A stretch of 64,000 bases of DNA, from positions 81,780,001 to 81,844,000 of the forward strand of contig OZ076409.1 of NCBI GenBank assembly GCA_964187785.1, given 5' to 3'. Made by a program: the position numbers and the translations under genes. This document shows positions 1 through 12,300 of this stretch, piece after piece. The notes beneath the pieces were generated by a model. It had not been told where the DNA came from, made no database searches, and was given only the letters and a program-made list of their open reading frames with translations. Each line of letters opens with the position of its first letter. Position 1 is the first letter of the stretch. The stretch is from Amphiscolops sp. MND2022. Its lineage: Eukaryota.

Positions 1-545
1 TCGGTAATCTGTAATCTTGAAATTATCAGGCCAGTGAAACACACGAGATCGTCTCAGTATTCTCAGGTGGAGTTCGTTACTATAATAAATCAGCTCCATC
101 AAAATTTATAGAAAGTCATCGTGTTGACACTTCCAAATATAAAATTAGCAGCAATAAAAATTTAAGCTATAAAATTTAAGAATAGACGTAAAGCAAGGCA
201 TCATGAAAAGCAGTTACGCCCCCATTAAAAGATAAAGCTTCGTTGAATTTGACAACTATTGGCATAAAGTCAGATTAGTGACGGACGCTAAATCCGTAAA
301 AGATCAAGTCATTTTGTTGAAAAAATAGTTCACGATGTCCAAATCTTAATAACATGAGCATGTTTTAAAACATGTTATATTTATACGAGCACAAAAAAGT
401 CGACGTAGTTGGTTATCCACAAACAGTTACGACAAAATCCGTTCAAACGTCACAAAAAACAAGTAGACAAATTATTCAACTGAATGTAGTCTCCACTGCG
501 CGGTAGTAAAAAATTAAGCATTTCATTCGTGTATAAACATAACGT

Positions 546-690
546 GAATCCCGCAATTAACTTCGCGAATTCTCAAGTTCCGACCTTTCAAAACTGGTCT
601 TCAGGCATTATCATTCCAAATGAAGACCAGTTTTGAAAGGTCGGAACTTGAGAATTCGCTGTCAATTCTCGAAGTTAATTGCGAGATTCA
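546..690. repeat. Inverted repeat / hairpin
   Basis: gcgaattctcaagttccgacctttcaaaactggtcttca and its exact reverse complement flank a 17-nt loop; the outer arms pair imperfectly. Confidence 0.85.
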
Positions 691-1897
691 TTTGGAATTG
701 AAATGATTCATTTGGACGAAAAAAATGAATTTCAGAGCTGTGTAACACGTCGTAAAATATACATTTTCATTATTTTCCGCCCATATTTTTAGATGGGAAA
801 GGAATATTAATAGCTGTGTACGTTTTTCCTCCAAAACTTGCCGTGCTCCTAATTAATACTCAAATAATAAAGGTCCTTATAAACTCAATAGCCATGAAAT
901 TACGTTAGTAGCATATGCATTTATTGAGAGTCTTGAACTTTTTTGTAAGGTGTGAATACATTAAAGTGCCGCAGAATACGTAAAAATTCAAAATTTTCCA
1001 ATTTAAGCCATTTTTCTACAGTTTTGGAATGTCTGCAAGGGTTAGAACAGGTAACAACTACTTATCCCATAAACTTTTACGAAGAGCAATCTGAAAATTT
1101 TTGTTTACAAAATGAGTAAAAAAGACACCAAAAAAGTTTCAAGTTTTGACCATTTTCAAATGGTTTCGTAGGGTAGAATATCCACAGATTTCAACGACAA
1201 ATAAATTAGCTATCCAGCACAGGGGTTACCAATTATAAATTACAATTAATTGTTCTGAAAATTGGATATTGACCTTAATTCAAGTTTAGTTCAACAATTC
1301 AAGTTTAATTATTTTTTTTTTTACTTATTTATGTCTTAACCAGCAATCTTTTTGAAGGTTTCATCATACAGAAGCCGGGAACTGGCCATATCAATATTAT
1401 CTCTTTGCAGAATCACTGTACTTCATTAGCGCAGTTTTTGAAAAGAGGCAGCAACTTCGAATACTTTTTAGTGTAATTGCTCTCAACTAAGTTGAAAGGT
1501 TTCAATGCGCCACAAATTCAATCTATCAACCAAAAAGCTTTTTGGTTGATGATACCAACCGATTGGTTGGACAAAGTGGCTGGCTTACTTGTTCCAGCTA
1601 AATCTTGTTCCATGTACGAATTTGACCACACGGTTTTTTACATCAGTTTGGTACTGCGCTGACATTCCCATTGATAGTTTTTCCGGTGCGGCGAAAATAG
1701 TTCTTGCAAACATCCTATGGCTTTTTGGATCTCGAAAACTCAAAACCTTATTAGGTTAATTATAGGTACTTATTTGAGTATTAATTCAATAATTGAAAAT
1801 TGACTGTTATTAATCAATTGATAGCTCGTCAATTATTGCAATAATTGTAATTGCAATAAGTTATTGATAATTCCTCATCAAGTCACTTTTTCAGAAA

Positions 1898-2388
1898 ACA
1901 AGCCGGGAACGGCCCAAGTCGGCTTCACATCTAAGGCTCAAAAATATTCAAGGAACAATTGGAAAAACTTGGAAATTTTTTTTCAAAAAAAGTATTTGGT
2001 AAAAAAGTAGCATATTGCCGAAAAACCCAAAGAGACCTTTAGGCTAATTAACCGTTTTTTACAAACCGAAAACTTCAAAAAATTCAAAGGAGTACCCTTT
2101 GATAGAATTCAAAAAAATTCGGAAAAATGTCGCATAGTGCCGAAAAAAACCGCTAAGGGGGTACCCTTTGGTCTCCCCTCTACTTTTGGAAGCATAAAAA
2201 TTTGTGGTTTAGTGCGAGACTCGAACCCACGCTCTCCTGCTTCCGAGAGTCTCAGACCCCAGAAAATCCGGGTAACCTCTCAGCCAAGAAGTTGAACAAA
2301 TGAAAAAAAGTGGACCGATCGCGTTGAACTGACGAAAAAAACTAACCACTGTAAGAGTCGTGCTTTTTCTCCGAAAACGCCGACTAAT
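1898..2388 (-). mobile_element. Helentron-associated (HINE/DINE-1-like) non-autonomous element
   Basis: Subterminal inverted motifs AGTCGGC/GCCGACT, a stem-loop at one end and GGGCCGTTCCCGGCTTGT at the other. Related copies near 30290-30585, 32680-33172, 44930-45372 and 50218-51768. Confidence 0.55.
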
Positions 2389-4190
2389 AACACCCACCGT
2401 CAAATTTTCACCAAACTCAATCGTCAAATGTAAAGCAATTTTGTCAGAGGTTAAGAACATTCTCAGACTTCAAAGACGTAACATTCACATCTTTAGCATA
2501 CCTATAGTAGTAGTAGAATAGACTTTAGGGCGTAGCCCAAGGAGGTTTCCCCCTTCGATAGTCCGAGTTTTAATTTTTAGTCGCAGTTGTTCAAAGATGT
2601 TGCAGTTTCCACATCTGCATAGGAGTCTCCATGTACATGTGTTTGTCTCATTGTATTTCTTTCGAAAGAAGGTGTGGTAGATGTCGGTAAGCGTCGTTTT
2701 GTCAGGTTTTTGGTAAGAAACTCTTACGCTTCTTCCTAATGCAAGAAAGTGCAAAAATTGTCATCTCGATAATTTTATCCTTTTTTTTGAAAAAACTCAA
2801 ATTTTGTGAACAACTTGAAAAAATTGTGAACCGAATTGAAAAAAAACCATGTTCGCTCTTAAGTATGTATAGTCTTAACGACTCTGGAACGACTGACTAT
2901 TCAGCTAGTTGAAGACGAAATATTGCACTCAAAATTTTGTAAAAAAAATTCATCTGCCGTTTCGATCGATGGGTAGCAGGAATAACGTCTAAGAAATAAC
3001 ATCTGAAGAGTAACAACTAAAACCAAATCATGCTCATTCCCATTTCTTGATACATTAAATTTTAGACGTTACTCCTCATATGTTATTCTCTCCCCTACGT
3101 TTCATGTAACTTATGCAAACTTTTGGATGATTCTGTGAGTATGAAGACGCGAAATCAGTCAGTAACGTAATTACTAACTAACAGGCTAATCAATAGTATA
3201 GTATCCCACTAAACTGTCCAGACGGATTAGAGCAAGTTTGTAGAGAGGGCAGCTAGATAGAAATCGATTTCCGAGGTCGAACAGAATGAAGTCGACAACC
3301 CTGGTCGAATTACACAGTTAGAACGAGCTGAGATCGAATTTGGTAGAACACGCCGGGTCGAATATTGTCATATTATCAAATCGAAAACTGCATTGTTTCC
3401 CCACTCATTTCTGATGAGTCACACTCATCTCGATCCAAACAGTCGGTACATTTCCGAAATTATATCCTTGCCACACGATTCAGTCGATATAATTCAGGAA
3501 TTTTTACTGGTCGACCAGAGGACGTACCTTTGTTCTCGACAATAGGGATTTCATCGATATCCGCACTGCCACAGTAAGTTTGTAGAAATTTTTATTGGTC
3601 AGTTTGTAACAATTTTTCAACTTACTCTCATTTTCTTACTGAATAACCAAACAATTACCACAAAAATTATTACTTGTTGCATGCACGCTTGCACTCGCCA
3701 TCAGGAAGAGCAGCACCCGCTCAGACGTTTCGACATTTTCGCTTCCGCTAGGTTTTTACGTCTCGACCCGCTCAATTACGTCTCTACATCGCTTAGCAAT
3801 ACAAACGTTGGCGGTCGGCGGACACTAATAAAGGTGGAGATATAGTCTTCAGACATTAATAGCCGATGGTTGACCTTTTTCAGACGTTCTCATTTTTTAA
3901 ATTCTACAAACCTTCTAGTTTTTTACAAACTTACTTTCTACAATTTTTTCCTCTATCAGATATCATGGATCTTCGTCATCAATCAAGTGCCATGTGTATC
4001 ATCATGTTTGGGGAAGAAGACACACACCCGTGGTCTGCAACGGAAGTAGGGAACCCCACACCAACCACTATTCCAGTAGACAAGTAACAAAAAAAACAAC
4101 CAACAAACTACTCATACAAGACACTATCTCAGTCGACCGGTGGAAACATTTTTAGAAAGCTGCAATGGTATACAGGCTCAAAAAAACAAA

Positions 4191-4473
4191 CTATGTGTAA
4201 TAAATTTCTTCCAAAGCATCTCTGTCGCCCAAAGTTCCTAGAACACAGGCCGCATCGCCAATCTGAAGAGCCATTGAAATCCGTTGCTTCAAAAAGCTGC
4301 CGACTCGTTGATCGTCGTGCGAACGACACATCATTTTAGAGACGCGTGATATTCCACTGCTCTCGCCTCAGGAACAATGTAGTTCCAAGGCGATCTCTTG
4401 AAAAATGTATCGTTTGTCTCCATTGTCTATTGATTCGCGACACTTCTCAATTTTACGCGCTTCTCGGTAGCGG
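4191..4473 (-). pseudogene. C-terminus of an RLE-endonuclease (CRE-like) non-LTR retrotransposon ORF
   Basis: Minus strand reads ...FLKQRISMALQIGDAACVLGT...; the reading continues from 24769+ across a short duplication (tagcgg). Confidence 0.7.
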
Positions 4474-4618
4474 TGAATTAGGTCGTTTGTAGAATTCTAC
4501 CAACTGGTCCTAGGTAGACCAGTTTGTAAAAGTTATTTTTCTACAGATTACATCATTAATTTCTACAAACTGGACATCCTTCACACAAGATCCTGAGAGC
4601 TCCACCGCCTAAGATCTC

Positions 4619-4837
4619 TCAAAAGTGATGCAGTGATTAATAATTGGATTGCTGGGATGACACAAATGAAATTGCAAGCGATATATACTTTTGTTTACAG
4701 GTCACAGCAGGCGCCAGAAAAAGTACAATTCAGTTCACTGTCTCGCAGGTACCTGTTACGTCTGCTACCCATTTCGAATTCTATCGTTTCATCGGCTCTC
4801 GGTCAGCTGGTCGGCTTTCAGCCATCTATACCTGACA
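4619..4837 (-). repeat. 3' LTR of Copia element 2
   Basis: Direct-repeat partner of 24106-24349 (gtgattaataatt..gggatgacacaaatgaaattgcaagcgatatata..ggctttcagc..gaca). Confidence 0.85.
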
Positions 4838-4904
4838 GGAATTAGGTCGTTTGTAGAAAACTAGTTTGAAGAATTCTCCAAACTGGTCCTAGGTGGGCGA
4901 GTTT

Positions 4905-5244
4905 GGGTGGGCGGAAATAGGTCGAAGGAACGGGATCGGAATCTCAGAGTTAGTCCTCAGGTCGACATACCAAATTTTTGAATGGGATCGAAACAACTCG
5001 GATAGAAATTTTAATAACGTAGTCAGATATGTTCACATACCCCTAGTGCCCTGAATGCAGGAGCGAAGCGACGTGCCATATGGCCATGCCTCAATGTTGC
5101 TACTTGGCGAAGGGAGCGAAGCGACCGAGCCATACAACAAATACGAAAAAATTCGACCGCATTCCACTCGATCCCTGCAATTCGATGAAAAGGTTTGACC
5201 TCTGTGCTTCCGACCACAAAGATTCGACCTATTTACAGCCACCC
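4905..5244. mobile_element. MULE-like MITE
   Basis: Imperfect TIRs GGGTGGGCGGAAATAGGTCGAA / TTCGACCTATTTACAGCCACCC; 9-bp TSD GGCGAGTTT (4896-4904, 5245-5253). Confidence 0.8.
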
Positions 5245-5476
5245 GGCGAGTTTGTAGAAAGTTTTTCTACAAACTGGATCATTAATTTCTACAAACTGGA
5301 TCAATAAATTCTACAGACTGGACATCCTTCTCACAAGATCCTGAGAGCTCAAGACGCGTAAGATCTAAAGGGATACGATCTAAAAACTGAAATGTGGGGC
5401 ATCGCGATCTCCGTTACCTCTAGGTCTTTGCTCCTGTTCGACCTCGCTTAGCAAGATGGGATTATAAGCGGCCCTT

Positions 5477-6107
5477 CTAAAACAGGTTGGGTAGAAATGA
5501 ATTACGGAATTGACATTGATTAGTTATGATCAGACTTAGTTCTTGTATACACAGTTGCAATTGATGGTAGAAGTGGTTCAGCATCGGGTATATATAGCAC
5601 CGCGACAGGTACCTGTCAATCAACAAAAAATGTGCGGTATCAAGAGTTGTCTGTTGTATCGCACAAACAGGTACATGAATGTGCTGCATCAAAAGTTGCG
5701 TGTGCGATGTCATCTGGCAGGTACTTGAACCTTAGGGGTCGTGGCTCACCATTCGATCATTTCCGCCTTGCGAGGCAGCTGGCAGACCTTGACACCCCCG
5801 AATTGCCGACAGCCGAGCAAAGTGTTGTTGGGTCTTCGTCTTATCCAGTCCCTTCGTGAAAATTTTCACCACTGACAATGGACTTCAGATAAATCGACTG
5901 ATTCTTTACTATCTCCCGCACATAAGCCATCCGAGTTGCAAAGTGTTTCGTCTTTGCGTTGTTGTCATCTTTGGTTGCTAATGCCAAGCCCAATTGACTG
6001 TCCGTGAACAAAGTCGTCGCTATGGATTCTCCAAGAGTGTCCAGAAACCCCCGCAAATGCACCGCTTCCTTTACGGCTTCGCTCAAGGCATGAAGTTCTG
6101 CCTCAGT
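5477..6107 (-). mobile_element. Copia element 1, 3' part (RNase H end, PPT, 3' LTR)
   Basis: TEAELHALSEAVKEAVHLRGFL...FTDSQ...KTKHFATR is Ty1/copia RNase H. Minus-strand GGGGG-TGTCA at ~5795 marks the PPT/LTR junction. The left LTR boundary is approximate. Confidence 0.75.
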
Positions 6108-7605
6108 TGTTACGAATTATGTTAGGGTCTTCGTTTTGGGTAGAATTAATTCGCACTGTTTTCGTTGGAGTATAGAAATTTCTTGTTTCACTCATTAGTT
6201 CTTCTGATACATGATCTCTCATGTTTTCTCTCGTTTCAGGTCTCAAGAGTTTCAACATTTCCTTTTGTGACTCGAGCAAAAGAGTCTTAATCTCGGACGT
6301 TATTTCTTCCTTCAAAGAGGACCTTATACTTTCCAAGAGACTATTTTCTACTCTGGGGGACTTGGGTCTCGAAGGACCTGCTAATTCTACGTTTTGATCT
6401 AAAGGATGAGAATTTTCTATGTTTATTGGTGAAACGAAGCCTTCACTTACATTATCATCAGCTTCTCGCTGAGCGTTCTTTCTCTTTTGGCTTCTTGTTG
6501 TAGACATGTTGTTGAAGAAAGATTTGTTCTTGAAGAATTCAATTTTTACTTTCTGATTTTCAACAGGGTTAGAGGAATAAGAATAGTTTGAGAACAGCAA
6601 GCTTGAAACAACTAAGTTGTAGCACTAGCAAAGGACTGAGTCCCTTAGGAAAATGTGCACTATACCCTCCTAGTATCATTTGATCACGTACATTTTCCCA
6701 AATTCTTTAAAATGATTAGTCATTTCCTGTTTTTTCGGTGAAAAATCATTAAACTCCCAAAAGTGCGTCGACGTTTCGTCAAATTTTGAGACACGATGCT
6801 CTACATTTAGTATTAGTCATCACATATATTCATTATCATTTCATTCCGGCGTCCTTTTGCTTGCTCCCGAGCAGGAAGTAGATCAGTCTGTCTTCAGTCT
6901 GTCAATCCGGAATTAAATCCCTGTTTTGCTGCTTCGGTTCGCGGGAAATTGACGCTGAGATGACGCTGACGTGCACAACTAATACCTGGTTTTGAATTTC
7001 AACTTGATAAAAATGCAATGACTATTTCCAGATTAGGGTTATTTAATCGATGCTAGGAGAATATTTCGGAAGATTAATACAAGTATAGGAATAAAATTAG
7101 CATTCATGAATTTCCAACAAAATAAGGAATAAAACAAATACAAAACTTGGTTTGTCGCACCAATTGCGTCACATTTTACAAAACCAATAGTATAACAACA
7201 ATTAGCACTTTCACAACTATAATTCCGTCATCAGCACAACCCATTAGGGGAACTTAGATAAGAAAACGATTGCATCAACACTTATCATGTACATATTTGC
7301 CAAATCGAAAGTAAAGGTACAAACTTATGAAAATACATTTCTGGGTACAAAATATATTTTACCCGCACTGAACATGAGTATAAACTGTGACCTTTGCCTA
7401 ACTTCTTGTGAATTAAACATGAGGATAAAATCGGTTATTTTGGCAGATTTACCTATTTCCAACTAATTTCATAAACTTGTCGTCGTCACTGAGACGCATT
7501 TTCTTGGCAATACCAATTTCTGCCAAGTTTGCCGCATCGTTGACGCATATCTCGAGACAAGTTATCAGCTAGTTACTAGTTTTGTGACGTCACGCTGGCG
7601 GTAAA
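6108..7605 (-). repeat. 3' LTR of Gypsy A (minimum extent, the part shared with the truncated 5' LTR)
   Basis: Near-identical to 17682-19394 apart from a 201-bp gap; ends ...CGTAACA on the minus strand; contains the gag N-terminal copy (ATG 6507). Confidence 0.9.
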
Positions 7606-8143
7606 TCGGAATGATTTTCTAGCATAGTGGTTTATATAAGCGGATAATTGGAATGAATTTTGGTATGCCTAGACGAGGCAGTGACGTCACTTAGTATACC
7701 TTCAGAGTTGTCTGCGTCCTATAGACGACAAATATACAAATGTAGCCAAGTTCTCACTGCCGTATTGTTTGTTTTGTGCAATTCGTGCGTCCTAAACCAC
7801 TTTAATTGCTGTTCAAACGCAATTAAATGACGAGGCGTAATCTCTCTACATATATTTCAAAGTGTTTTTCTATTTTAGATCCAGCTAATGTACTCTGTTT
7901 GGGGAAAATTTGCGCCTGTATTTCTGTTTAGCTTAGTCTATGATCTTTTCCTAAGACATCTTTTAATTTAATTTTCAGGTGGAAAATGTTTAATTCAGCG
8001 TTATGGGAACGTCCTGCCGGAAATCTATGAAATCATTTTGGCTAAGTGTTTCTCTGTTTCCATTTTCTTATTTAGATTTGCGTACACTAGACGTATTTTC
8101 ATTTTCAGTCACAGTTTATCTTAATCATTAACTACAGTTTGAG

Positions 8144-8950
8144 TCAGTATCTGAAACACCTGCTTGCCAATTTTGCTGTACAGCCGTGCCCACGTCCGTA
8201 CCCTACTCGTCTACAGCCGCAGTCCAGTCCGGGAGCGGACTGTGACAGGGCCACTGTCATGGGGCAAAAGACTCTCCCGGGTTGGCGGAACTGGAACGGC
8301 TCACGCTGAAACTGTTCGTAGTTGTTATTCCCTTTAGAATTTGTTGCTGCTATTCCTCTCTCTTCTAGGTCGTTCAGTGGGCTTATTGGTCGAAGATTTA
8401 CCCTTCTCAATGGTCCCGGAGTAGTGACGAAAAAGGAACTTGCATTCTCTCGGGCAACTTGTTCTAAATAGTCCGCAACTGTCGTGCTCGTTACTGATTT
8501 AGAGCTATGGGCATAATGTCCTTCCACAACGAACACTCCATATTTTACGCTGCTGTTATCTTCCCCCTTTTCTTGTTCATCAGGGCTTTCAGGGGAGTCA
8601 GCTGGTGCTTCTTCAGAGTCAGTTGAATGAGGATACTCCCCAGATTCTACCGATTCGAAACTGGTATAAGAGTCGCTCAGCTTCATTCTTTTACAGTCAG
8701 TTTCCAATGAGTCTAATGACAAATCGAGGTATTCTTCATCGTCTGCCGTCGCCTCTGCTGACGAGTGGGGAATTTCGATGATTATCCTGGGGTTCACCTG
8801 GCTGTCTCTTGGTAGCGGGGTGGATGCTCTTTCGATTTCACCTTCTTCCTCGCTTGACGAGGATATGTCGATTAATTCATAAATGTCAAGGAGATTGCTC
8901 ATCTTCTTTCTTTCTTTATCAGCTGATTTCTTTGTTTGATTGTTCCACAA
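8144..8950 (-). CDS. Gypsy accessory acidic/Ser-rich protein (SIM-like motifs, C-terminal CGCRR..GRGHG)
   Basis: Open 268-aa ORF. The homolog at 62656-63360 conserves NLLDIYELIDISSSSEEEGEI..RASTPLPR, LSLDSLE..CKRMKLS and ALSQ.APGL.CGCRR...GRGHG. Confidence 0.75.
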   Translation of the reverse strand: MWNNQTKKSADKERKKMSNLLDIYELIDISSSSEEEGEIERASTPLPRDSQVNPRIIIEIPHSSAEATADDEEYLDLSLDSLETDCKRMKLSDSYTSFESVESGEYPHSTDSEEAPADSPESPDEQEKGEDNSSVKYGVFVVEGHYAHSSKSVTSTTVADYLEQVARENASSFFVTTPGPLRRVNLRPISPLNDLEERGIAATNSKGNNNYEQFQREPFQFRQPGRVFCPMTVALSQSAPGLDCGCRRVGYGRGHGCTAKLASRCFRY

Positions 8951-8999
8951 TGAATTTAGGGTTATTTGGGATTAAGGCGAATGTCGGGATAAATCTCTC

Positions 9000-9337
9000 T
9001 ATTCTGAATGGTTAACCAATCATTTTAATCCTTTTCAGTCTTCATTGTTGTCGCAATGACGACGTCGAGTTTTTATTGGCTGCAAATTAAAATATTTCGT
9101 CTAGCTAAATTTGTCAACGTTATGCTGACGTCATTTCGTTAGCTTAGCTAACTTCTGATTTTTCACCGTTTTGATGACGTCATTTTAGAAAATAGGATTA
9201 ATTTCTTAAACCTGATAACCTTTTTGTCGACGTTATGTCGACGCCATTTTCGTTGTGGTTATTAGCTAACTTTATGTTTTGTCACCGTTTTGATGACATC
9301 AGATTTTCGGTTGTTGTTTTCATCTCTGACTTTTCAG
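9000..9337. promoter_or_regulatory. Putative bidirectional promoter with CRE-like TGACGTCA and CCAAT motifs
   Basis: TGACGTCA at 9126 and 9175 plus variants, and ATTGGCT at ~9075. It lies between two divergent ORFs and is conserved at 63470-63790. Confidence 0.5.
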
Positions 9338-9355
9338 ATTCATCGCTGCTTTGCA

Positions 9356-12300
9356 ATGTCTACGTCCCGTGGTCGTATTGATCCAGGAGCTGTGAGTGGT
9401 AACGAGACGCAGTTTGCATTTTCGGATGGTGATGTTCGTGACAGTGAGACTGATAATCGAATTGTCCGGCCGGCACTTGGTTAGTTTGCTATCCCTACTT
9501 TCCTTTAAGTTTTCATGAAATATACTTTTAACAGATAGGCCTTTTCTGTTTTGTATTTTCATAGCTTAGATTTTCTGACGCGTCGAATGTGGGATTTCGT
9601 TTTAGTGCCAGGAGCGGTTCTTGTTTCTTCCCTAGAGGGTGCTGCTCACGTCACTCCTACCTCCATTCACACTCTTTCTGGTCTTGAAACTGCTCCACTA
9701 CCAGCTGATCTTTCTTCCGTTGGGGTTATACCCCTAGAGAGTGGTACGATTGTTCCGTTAGAGACTGTTTCTGGGATTCCCGGTCCGCCTGCGTCACCTC
9801 ATGATGATCTTGATGTCCCTTTGTCTGAATTGATTTCTGGTAGAGTCGAGGATAAAGTTACTGGGGCTCCTGAAGAAACAGCGAGATTGCCATCACCCAA
9901 GTCTCCTGTTGTCGATGTCTGTACTCCTCCGACTCACGTAGGTGAGGCTCCTTCTCCCCCAGCCAGGAAAACTTGGAGAGGTGGGAAAATCCCGCAGTGC
10001 CCAGCAAACGCCTTACCCACGATTTACCTCATATTTGCCTGGGTTTGAGCGAACTTTTGGGTGTCAGACTGCATCGCCCGTCATTAAACAAGGTAAGTTC
10101 TTGTGTGCAGATTGATAGTTACTGTAGGGTATGTGTACTTGGGTGGGGTGGGGTCACAGTGACGTTCTTGAGTAATTGGGCTTTGGGTGTTGTGTTTGTA
10201 GTTACTGTGGTGTCGCCCAGTGATGATGCGATGGTCCAGACGACTTCTAAACAACGTCGGGTGGACAAGACTGGTTCAGTACTGCAGCGGAGTGATTTCC
10301 GGCTTGAGATGTCTGATGATGAGGCTGTTCCTGATGCGTCCTTGCCTTGTACGCCACAGCAAGCTGCTAGATTGGGAGAGATTGTGGCTTCTGAAATGAA
10401 GAGTCGGATAGTGGAGCGTTTTGTTGCTCGTGAGTATTGTTGTATTGGAGTAGTTTCAATTGCGAGTTTTGTCTTCTTCATCCTCTTTTGTTAGTAGTTG
10501 AAATGAGGGAAATTCTGGGTAGTTTTATATCTTGTGTCATGATCTTGGGATTGCATACTGGTGGTCCACGTACGACGTGGTTTCTTTTGATTAAAGGTGG
10601 ATTTGTGTTTGTAGGGTTTTGAGAGCTCGTGAGTCGTGTCGAGGCCAGTTTGGAGGAGATTTCGTCACCTCAGCGGCAACGAAAACGAGTGTACAGTATG
10701 CGGTAACGTCTTCGTCGCGACATGATAGGCGATAACCCTATCTACCAGTTGTTTGTCAGCGGGTCCAGTACTGGCTGTGACAAACATTTCTTCTGCATGA
10801 TTTGTCACCGTGACGTTTCAATGGAGTCCCGTTGGGCAATGGAATTTAGCCGGCACTTCTTTGGCAAGCGGCATTGGCAAGTGGACGTCACTTATCGCGT
10901 TCAAAATAATTTGCCTGTGTTCAATCGGCTGATGGATCCAATGGAGCTGACAGATGCGCAATTGGACGATTATCGAAGTCGTCCCTGCAAGGGGAAAGCC
11001 GATGGATTCAGCTTCCCGGAAGATCTGTTGCCAGCCTGCACTCAGGTCAATTCATCAGTTCCCTTGTTGACATTAGTGAATTGTTTGCTGGAACTCCTGC
11101 GCAGTGGTGGCAGCTATACTTTAATGAGAAAACTGTGGGGTTGTTTTCGTGCTACTTTGGGGCCGGAAAATCCTCTGCATAGTCTAAAGTGGAGTCGAGA
11201 AGAATCGTTGGTTAGTTTTTTTGTATGATTTATCATGCTTTTTGTGGGGGGGGGGTGTATCGTAGTTGTATGATTGGCTTGAAACAAATTCTAGTGTTTG
11301 ATTGAGTCTGTAGGTATTGGGAATTCCGTGTGTTGAGCGTTGGTAATTTGTTGTTTTAGTCGCTGATCTGCCAAGCCCTGTTCCCTTGTGTACTTCGATC
11401 AATGATCGCACGCGTGGCTGCTTTCCGCGACTACAGTGTGTTTTTCGTAGATGATGGGACGTCGCATAGCTGTTATGTACAGACGTGGGATGAGCATGAG
11501 CTGTTTTGTGTCTGTGTCCATGTTGAGGCGTCTGGACAGAAAGTCCCCAACTCAGAGCTGGCTGGTTTGTCTCGTGTGGTTGACAGTATCGTGTCGTGCC
11601 AATTGCCCATGTCGTGTCAAGGAGGGAGTGCGTCTTTGTTGCGCGTACTTAGTGACAATCGAGTTGATGGTCGGCAGTTCGTTTTGAGTCAGGAATTCTC
11701 TGAGGAGGCCTTTCTGCAATGTTTCCGTGAGGCTCATCAAGAGGTCTTCGGCATGCTCGAGGTGACTGCGATGGTTGACATTCTGGTGTTACGTCTGCGT
11801 GGGGCACTCCAAGAGCCGTGGATGGAGGACGTGACCGTCGTTCGTCGTTGTGTTTTCGCTGGGCGGGTACCCTTTGCTGACTTGTGTGGTTTCGTCACGG
11901 AGCTGATTCCTATGTGGAAACTCGTCAAAGAGTATGTTCGCTACACTGGGGCTCGGCACCTGAAGAGTTCTACTGACAGAGTAAGTTTTTGTGTTGTTTT
12001 TTTGTTGGTTTTATCCTTCCCTTTTTGTTTTTTTTTCTTTTGGGTCTTCTGGGGTTTGCAAACTTGGATTGTTTTGCTAGTGAGATTTGATGTAGTTGGG
12101 TTTTTTCAGATGCAAGGTGTGGACTGGCTGGTTTAATCCGAGAATAGGAATGTGTTCCGGCTGGGTCTGCTCAAACATGTCCTGGAACTTTGTAAGTTGT
12201 CGTCTGTGTTTCGTCTCGTTTAGTTGAAGGCAGATGTAGTAGGGTTGATGTATTTAGACGCAGTTTGTTTCAAGAAGCAGCAGCAAAGACGTGCAGATGT

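Noticed and set aside
2200..2300. tRNA gene
   Set aside because: Only a B-box-like motif inside a dispersed repeat; no full cloverleaf.
3245..3575. MITE with GTCGAA repeats and AAGTTTGTA(GA) flanking duplication
   Set aside because: TIRs are too degenerate to fix boundaries confidently.
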